Origin: Promethearchaeota archaeon Loki_b32
GTDB taxonomy: Archaea; Asgardarchaeota; Lokiarchaeia; Sigyniarchaeales; SOKP01
Direction: 5' to 3'
Assembly (NCBI GenBank): GCA_005223125.1
Contig: NJBH01000027.1
Coordinates: 1 to 53,446 of the forward strand
DNA: 53,446 nt
Shown here piece after piece: positions 47,969 through 53,446 of the stretch (the stretch's first letter is position 1; every line of letters begins with the position of its first letter). The translations under genes and the position numbers were made by a program. The notes beneath the pieces were generated by a model, which had not been told where the DNA came from, searched no databases, and worked only from the letters and a program-made list of their open reading frames with translations.

Positions 47969-50557
47969 ATGAAAAAGCTATCCAGTTCTGGCATTGTTCG
48001 CCCATTTTTTTTGATGCTTATTATTATCTTAGTCTCACTTCCAATGGGATTTTATGGCATGTATCTCTATCTTGCACCATCTTTGCCAGATATGAGTTCT
48101 CTAAAAAAAGCGCCATTACTAAAACCATTGCAAGTCTATACAGCTGATAATAAGTTAATCGCGGAATATGGTGGCAAACTATCAATACCAGTAAAGTATG
48201 AGCAAATTCCCCCAACATTTATCCATGCATTTCTAGCAGCGGAAGACTCTTCCTTTTTTGAGCATAATGGCATTAGCTTCAAAGGTCTTGGTCGCGCAGT
48301 CACTGAATCAATTACTGGATCCGATGTCCAAACTGGTGGCTCAACGATCACCATGCAAGTTGCGAAGAACTATTATTTAAGCCCAGACCGTACATTAAGA
48401 CGCAAACTAACAGAGGTTTTCCTTGCACGAAAAATTGAACAAAACCTAACAAAACAAGAAATTCTAACAGCTTATGTCAATAAAATTTTCTTAGGAAAAA
48501 ATGCTTACGGTATCGCAGCAGCAGCTCGAATCTACTACAACAAAAATATAAATGAACTAACAACAGCACAAATGGCAATGATCGCTGGATTGCCTAAAGC
48601 ACCATCAAAGTATAATCCTGTTGTAAATCCTGAACGAGCACTTGAACGTCGTAATTGGATTTTAGGTCGTATGTTGCAGCTTGGTTATATTAATCAAACC
48701 CAATATCAAAAAGCAGTTGCTGAACCAATTAGTTTAAACATGGTGGATCGTTCAGTCAGTAACGTATTTCCCTATGTAGGTGAAATGGTTCGTGCTGAGC
48801 TTGTTGAACATTTTGGCGCTCAAGCAATCGACTCTGGCTATAAGGTTTATACTACGATTGATAGCAAACGTCAGCGCTATGCAGAACAATCAATTCAAGA
48901 TGGCCTTGAAGCTTATGATCGTCGTCATGGCTGGCGTGGTCCTGAAGCTCATGATAAACCACTTAATCAGTTCATGGCATATGCCAACACCTACCCCGCA
49001 CAAGTTGTAAAAGTAAAGAGCAACTCTTTTGATGCTTTGATGCAAGATGGTTCAACAGTCACCGTGAATTGGTCAGGCATGTCATGGGTGCGTCCTTATC
49101 GTAATGCCAATAGCGTTGGCGGCGCTCCATCCAATGCTTCTCAAATTGTTAAGGTTAAAGATATTATTCGCTTACGACCAAATGAAGATAAAACCGTTTG
49201 GTCTTTAGTTCAAGTTCCAAAAGTCCAAGGACAATTGATTGCATTAAATCCAAATGATGGTTCAATTGAAGCAATCGTAGGTGGATATAATTTCTATCAA
49301 ACAAAATTTAATCGTGCTTTACAAGGCTGGAGACAGCCTGGTTCAACCATTAAACCATTTGTCTATGCATTAGCATTAGAGCGCGGCATGACACCATTTA
49401 GCATGGTGAATGACAGTCCCATTACGATTGGCAAATGGTCTCCTCGAAACTCTGATGGTCGCTATCTCGGTATGATTCCGCTACGTCGTGCATTGTATTT
49501 ATCTCGAAATACAGTCTCTGTGCGCTTATTACAGAATGTAGGAATCGAAAGAGCTCGCCAATTATTTATGGATTTTGGCTTACAGGATGATCAAATTCCA
49601 CGCAACTACACGATTGCGCTCGGCACACCTCAAGTTCTTCCAGTGCAAATGGCAACAGGTTATGCAACCTTTGCAAATGGCGGTTATCGTATTCAGCCTC
49701 ATTTCATCAAAAGAATTGAGGACAATAATGGCAATATCATTTATGAAGCTAAGCCTGAATATGCATGTATTCCATGCATCAGCGACTCAAATGCTTATAA
49801 CCAAGCACAAGACACCAACCAAGATGATGAAACACAAGAGATCACCAATGAAAGCTTAGAGAACGCTCTAGCATCATCAGAAACTCAAGCGACAGATGCA
49901 AATCCTGATCGATTACTCAAGACCAATAGCAATTACAAACAAGCTCAACGAATTTTAAAATCCAGTTCAGCTTATGATATGGCAAATATCCTACATGACG
50001 TAATTCAGCGTGGTACAGGTCGTGCTGCACTCAAAATTGGACGAGATGACTTAGGTGGTAAAACAGGAACAACCAATGATGCGAAAGATGCTTGGTTCGC
50101 AGGCTTTAATGGCAAGCTCGTCGCGATTGCTTGGGTTGGATTTGATCAACCTCGCACATTAGGTCGTCGTGAATATGGTGGTGTTGCTGCACTACCTATT
50201 TGGTCGAACTTTATGGCGAAGTCACTTGCAGGCACACCGTCTACATGGGTTCGTTTTGATAAAGATGCAAGTGCACCAATCTCTCGTGATGAACTACAAG
50301 TTCAACAAAGCGAAGATCAAAAAGTTTATCGTGCATCTCCACCATTAGCGCGTCCTCTCTATCGCCCAGCACCAGTTGTTCCAACACGTTCAATAGATAA
50401 CGATTTCTCAGACTTACCTGGCACAGCACCTTCAGCTGATGAACAAATTATTGTTCCCTCAAAAAAACAACCACCTGCTTTAGGTACGGAGACTCAAAGT
50501 CCGTCACCGAAGAAAGAAAGAGATAATATAGAAAACCTCATTAACCAAATCCAATAA
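47969..50557 (+). CDS. ponA: Penicillin-binding protein 1A
   Basis: AAED..F..H.G, GGSTITMQ, RK..E; transpeptidase STIK, SRN, KTGT; divergent from pilM. Confidence 0.96.
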   Translation: MKKLSSSGIVRPFFLMLIIILVSLPMGFYGMYLYLAPSLPDMSSLKKAPLLKPLQVYTADNKLIAEYGGKLSIPVKYEQIPPTFIHAFLAAEDSSFFEHNGISFKGLGRAVTESITGSDVQTGGSTITMQVAKNYYLSPDRTLRRKLTEVFLARKIEQNLTKQEILTAYVNKIFLGKNAYGIAAAARIYYNKNINELTTAQMAMIAGLPKAPSKYNPVVNPERALERRNWILGRMLQLGYINQTQYQKAVAEPISLNMVDRSVSNVFPYVGEMVRAELVEHFGAQAIDSGYKVYTTIDSKRQRYAEQSIQDGLEAYDRRHGWRGPEAHDKPLNQFMAYANTYPAQVVKVKSNSFDALMQDGSTVTVNWSGMSWVRPYRNANSVGGAPSNASQIVKVKDIIRLRPNEDKTVWSLVQVPKVQGQLIALNPNDGSIEAIVGGYNFYQTKFNRALQGWRQPGSTIKPFVYALALERGMTPFSMVNDSPITIGKWSPRNSDGRYLGMIPLRRALYLSRNTVSVRLLQNVGIERARQLFMDFGLQDDQIPRNYTIALGTPQVLPVQMATGYATFANGGYRIQPHFIKRIEDNNGNIIYEAKPEYACIPCISDSNAYNQAQDTNQDDETQEITNESLENALASSETQATDANPDRLLKTNSNYKQAQRILKSSSAYDMANILHDVIQRGTGRAALKIGRDDLGGKTGTTNDAKDAWFAGFNGKLVAIAWVGFDQPRTLGRREYGGVAALPIWSNFMAKSLAGTPSTWVRFDKDASAPISRDELQVQQSEDQKVYRASPPLARPLYRPAPVVPTRSIDNDFSDLPGTAPSADEQIIVPSKKQPPALGTETQSPSPKKERDNIENLINQIQ

Positions 50558-50560
50558 GCT

Positions 50561-50588
50561 AAAAAGCCATCAAATTGATGGCTTTTTT
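50561..50588. terminator. Bidirectional intrinsic terminator
   Basis: AAAAAGCCATCAA...TTGATGGCTTTTTT hairpin between convergent genes. Confidence 0.85.
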
Positions 50589-51388
50589 CTTTTTTGAAAT
50601 AAATAAATCTGAAAAGCGGCACTTACCGTGAATACTGGATTCTGCTCTAACAACATCCGTCGTTCGGGATTGGCTTTATAAGCATAAGGCGTCATTGCGA
50701 TTAAGTTCTTTAAGGCCATTTGATCCAAACTTAACGGCGCTTCAATCACTTGCTCTTGTATCAACTCAAACTCAGCTTCAAGTTGCTCAACAAACTTATG
50801 AGGCTCATGTAAATTTACCTGTTCAAATAAAGCAGCTCTTAAATCATATAAATGCTTAGGTGCAGGCGTTACAACAATTAAATGTCCGCCATGATTTAAA
50901 ACTCGAGCAATTTCTGCTTGAGGAATTGGACTAAATAAACTCGTACAAACATCAACACAATGATTTTGAACGGGCAATGTTGCACCTGTTCCAACAATCC
51001 ATGTTACTTTGGAATTTAGTTTTGCTGCACGTTGTACCGCTGTTTTAGCAATATCAACACCAATACAATCGTTAGCAACCGTTTGCATCGCATCGGTATA
51101 ATAACCCTCACCACAGCCAATATCTAAAATTGCTTTTGGTTTAAGCAGCTGAAGTATCTCAACAACCGCTTGCTGTAATGGCTGGTAATAACCTGCTTGT
51201 AAAAATTCACGGCGTGCTAATACAGATTCAGCAGTATCACCCGGTGTCTTACTATGTTTGTGTTGAACCACATGAAGATTTACATAACCTTGTTTGGCCA
51301 CATCATAGCTATGTCCTTGTTCACATCGCCATTTATTCTCCGCCAAATTCAACGATTGGCGACAAACAGGACACATCAACAAACTCAT
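50570..51388 (-). CDS. rlmA: RlmA-like 23S rRNA m1G methyltransferase
   Basis: CPVC...C...H zinc finger, GYVNL, ARR.FL, LDIGCGEGYY, MTPY. Confidence 0.85.
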   Translation of the reverse strand: MSLLMCPVCRQSLNLAENKWRCEQGHSYDVAKQGYVNLHVVQHKHSKTPGDTAESVLARREFLQAGYYQPLQQAVVEILQLLKPKAILDIGCGEGYYTDAMQTVANDCIGVDIAKTAVQRAAKLNSKVTWIVGTGATLPVQNHCVDVCTSLFSPIPQAEIARVLNHGGHLIVVTPAPKHLYDLRAALFEQVNLHEPHKFVEQLEAEFELIQEQVIEAPLSLDQMALKNLIAMTPYAYKANPERRMLLEQNPVFTVSAAFQIYLFQKRKKPSI

Positions 51389-51405
51389 CTATTTTCTCCA
51401 AACAT

Positions 51406-51430
51406 AAAAAAAAGCTGGTCATCACCAGCT
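51406..51430 (-). terminator. Intrinsic terminator after mraY
   Basis: AGCTGGT-catc-ACCAGCT stem followed by a T-run on the minus strand. Confidence 0.75.
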
Positions 51431-51448
51431 CTTTTCTCGAATCTTGGC

Positions 51449-52567
51449 TTAACGTAATTTTAACGTCATCAACCCTAACACAACGAGGAAAATGGTAATA
51501 ATCCAAAAGCGGATTACGACTTGTGTTTCTTTCCAACCTTGCTTTTCATAATGATGATGTAATGGCGCCATTAAGAATACACGTTTATTTCGCATACGTA
51601 ATGAACCGATTTGCAAGAATACAGAAACAGCCTCCATGACAAATACACCGCCCATAATTGCAAAGACAATTTCTTGACGAACCATCACCGCAATCGTACC
51701 AAGCATCGCGCCAAGCGCTAAAGCTCCGACATCACCCATAAAGACTTGGGCAGGATGCGCATTGTACCAAAGGAAAGCAAGACCCGCTCCGATCATTGCA
51801 GAGCAAATCACTACGAGCTCAGAGGTATATTTAACGTATGGAATATGCAAATAATTCGCAAAACGAATGTCACCAGATAAATAAGCAAAAACGCCCAAGC
51901 CTGCTGCAACCATAACGATTGGCATAATCGCCAAACCATCTAGACCATCCGTCAAGTTAACCGCATTTGATGCACCATTAATCACAAGATAAGTGAAAAC
52001 AATAAATGCTAAACCCAGCGGCACAACAGATAGAGGAATCGACAAATTCTTAAAGAAAGGAATCAGCAAATCCAGCATATTCGCTGTATGTACGGCACTA
52101 TCCTGCTGTTTCGCAATCACATATAAGGCAATACCCGCTCCCAGAGATGCCACCGAAGTCCAAAAAAACTTCTTACGTGCGGGCAAGCCGGCATTATCTT
52201 TATAACGAACTTTAATCCAGTCATCGGCCCAGCCTACCGCACCAAACACCACCATCACACCAAGTACGATCCAGACATATGGATTGGATAAATCAGCCCA
52301 TAATAGCGTGCTGATCCCGATAGAGAGCAAAATGAGAATCCCGCCCATCGTTGGGGTGCCCATTTTTTTGGCATGGTTTTCTGGCGCAAAAGAGCTCACA
52401 GCCTGACCATATTTTAATGCCTGTAATTTACGAATCATGACTGGACCTAAAACTAGTCCGATCGTCAGAGCAGTCAGCAAGCTCAACAAAGAGCGCAACG
52501 TTAAATAACGAACAACCTGAAACGAACTGTTATAGTCCGCCAATTGCTCAAATAACCATAACAACAT
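51449..52567 (-). CDS. mraY: Phospho-N-acetylmuramoyl-pentapeptide transferase
   Basis: [37 protein letters not shown]. Confidence 0.97.
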   Translation of the reverse strand: MLLWLFEQLADYNSSFQVVRYLTLRSLLSLLTALTIGLVLGPVMIRKLQALKYGQAVSSFAPENHAKKMGTPTMGGILILLSIGISTLLWADLSNPYVWIVLGVMVVFGAVGWADDWIKVRYKDNAGLPARKKFFWTSVASLGAGIALYVIAKQQDSAVHTANMLDLLIPFFKNLSIPLSVVPLGLAFIVFTYLVINGASNAVNLTDGLDGLAIMPIVMVAAGLGVFAYLSGDIRFANYLHIPYVKYTSELVVICSAMIGAGLAFLWYNAHPAQVFMGDVGALALGAMLGTIAVMVRQEIVFAIMGGVFVMEAVSVFLQIGSLRMRNKRVFLMAPLHHHYEKQGWKETQVVIRFWIITIFLVVLGLMTLKLR

Positions 52568-53071
52568 TTAAATTTTCTCCATCAAGTCAGCCATCAACGT
52601 TTCCATATGGGTATAACGAGACCCTTTAAACAGGAAACTCATGGACTGGGGTTGATGTGTTTGGACTAAATTAATTAAGAATGGTAACGCATCTGCTTGA
52701 GATGCAAAGGCATGCAGTTTTGCAGAATCTGTCGCACCTTGTTGTGCAGCTGTAGCAAACTCACCAACAACAACCAAATGATCTAATGGCTGACCCACTA
52801 AATCTCGACCAAGATCATGATGTTCTTGCCAGCTACTCTCACCGAGTTCACCGATATCCCCCATCACCATGACTTTTAGGCCTTGTTGTTGTAGCAAAAC
52901 CTGTGCTGCTGCACGCATTGATGTTGGGTTCGCATTATAAGTATCATCAATGAAAAGATGATTTTGATGTTGGATAAAGTTTAAACGACCTTTAGCACCC
53001 TGCGCTTGCTCTAAGCCTTCTACAATCTGATCAAGCTCAACACCAATCGCAAGTGCAAATGCTGCGGCAGC
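52568..53071 (-). CDS. murF: MurF C-terminal part (5' end lost at second junction)
   Basis: AAFALA.G, KGRL, IDDTYNANP.SM, GDIGELG, KGSR; immediately upstream of mraY. Confidence 0.9.
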   Translation of the reverse strand, partial: AAAAFALAIGVELDQIVEGLEQAQGAKGRLNFIQHQNHLFIDDTYNANPTSMRAAAQVLLQQQGLKVMVMGDIGELGESSWQEHHDLGRDLVGQPLDHLVVVGEFATAAQQGATDSAKLHAFASQADALPFLINLVQTHQPQSMSFLFKGSRYTHMETLMADLMEKI

Positions 53072-53152
53072 ATATACCGGAATGACTCCGATAACCTTTC
53101 TGCGTTTGATTTCCTGCCAGAAACTCATGGGATTTTCTGGTTTTTCAGGCAT
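53056..53152 (-). CDS. N-terminus of an unrelated bacterial membrane protein (FWQE.KRRKV family) from a third genome
   Basis: MPEKPENPMSFWQEIKRRKVIGVIPVYAAAAF resembles the F..ELKRR.V..V...Y N-terminus of TolB-like/TPR membrane proteins; not MurF-like. Confidence 0.6.
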
Positions 53153-53446
53153 AGAAATGGGGTGAGTGATTTTGTTAATATAAATGTACGATACTTGAGC
53201 ACCAATGTCAAGACTGGGTTTTCTTAATTTCAAATTGCATGCCACACCATGTGTGGTCGGTTTGTGGAGGGTTTTGGTGGAATTTCAAAGAGGAAATATG
53301 CCTTGAGCTTTGGGAACAGGAAAAAGAGGATTTATGTGGGAAAATGGAAACTCATTTTTCTCTCCCATCACTATGCGAAAAACAATAAAATATCGAGGTT
53401 TGTTTTTGTTTATGAGTTCTATATGATGTATGGTACGGTTAGGGGT

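Noticed and set aside
169-52205. Many 60-145 aa ORFs antisense to or overlapping clear genes (e.g. 169-366, 8017-8298, 13142-13483, 17345-17779, 33245-33565, 40967-41272, 43367-43684)
   Set aside because: Shadow frames of well-supported genes, with no motifs
42442-53071. Horizontal transfer of type IV pilus and peptidoglycan genes into an Asgard archaeon
   Set aside because: Unameliorated core-genome synteny of Acinetobacter type, genes cut at both ends, no mobility genes, and a second unrelated junction; a chimera is far more parsimonious
52568-53245. 225-aa ORF as a novel membrane-MurF fusion protein
   Set aside because: It spans the junction; the frame is continuous only through the shared AAAAF codons and the MurF catalytic core is missing

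Overview
The window is a three-part mosaic. (1) About 1-42449 is very AT-rich archaeal DNA that reads as an Asgard archaeon, most likely Lokiarchaeia-like. It carries an archaeal histone, a proteasome beta subunit, a RING-type protein, a two-domain gelsolin, a longin-like protein, a DUF106/Oxa1-family insertase, TFB, archaeal ProRS, PdaD and metabolic genes. (2) About 42442-53071 is an intact Acinetobacter-type chromosomal block (pilQPONM, ponA, an RlmA-like methyltransferase, mraY, 3' half of murF). (3) About 53056-53446 is a fragment of a third genome. Both junctions cut genes and appear to sit on short shared sequence, so this is most likely an assembly or amplification chimera, not HGT. 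The best candidates for undescribed systems all lie in the Asgard part. First, a ~3.5 kb cassette (HExxH peptidase, gp37/gp68/SPL-like radical SAM, TcmP-like methyltransferase, small ORF) is bracketed by a diverged 66-bp direct repeat matching the 3' end of a Cys-repeat gene. Second, a membrane-anchored double-wHTH regulator sits beside a paralogous ectodomain protein with a GPS/GAIN-like HFS site just before its TM helix. Third, a TrmB-like regulator is split by a ~520-aa helical insert with a basic/aromatic motif at its midpoint. Fourth, a zinc-ribbon module is shared between the gelsolin and a nearby Pro-rich protein. Unannotated zinc-ribbon microproteins and TGATCA motif clusters were also found. 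No tRNA, rRNA, CRISPR array, integrase or transposase was recognised. All family assignments come from motif recognition by eye, not database searches.
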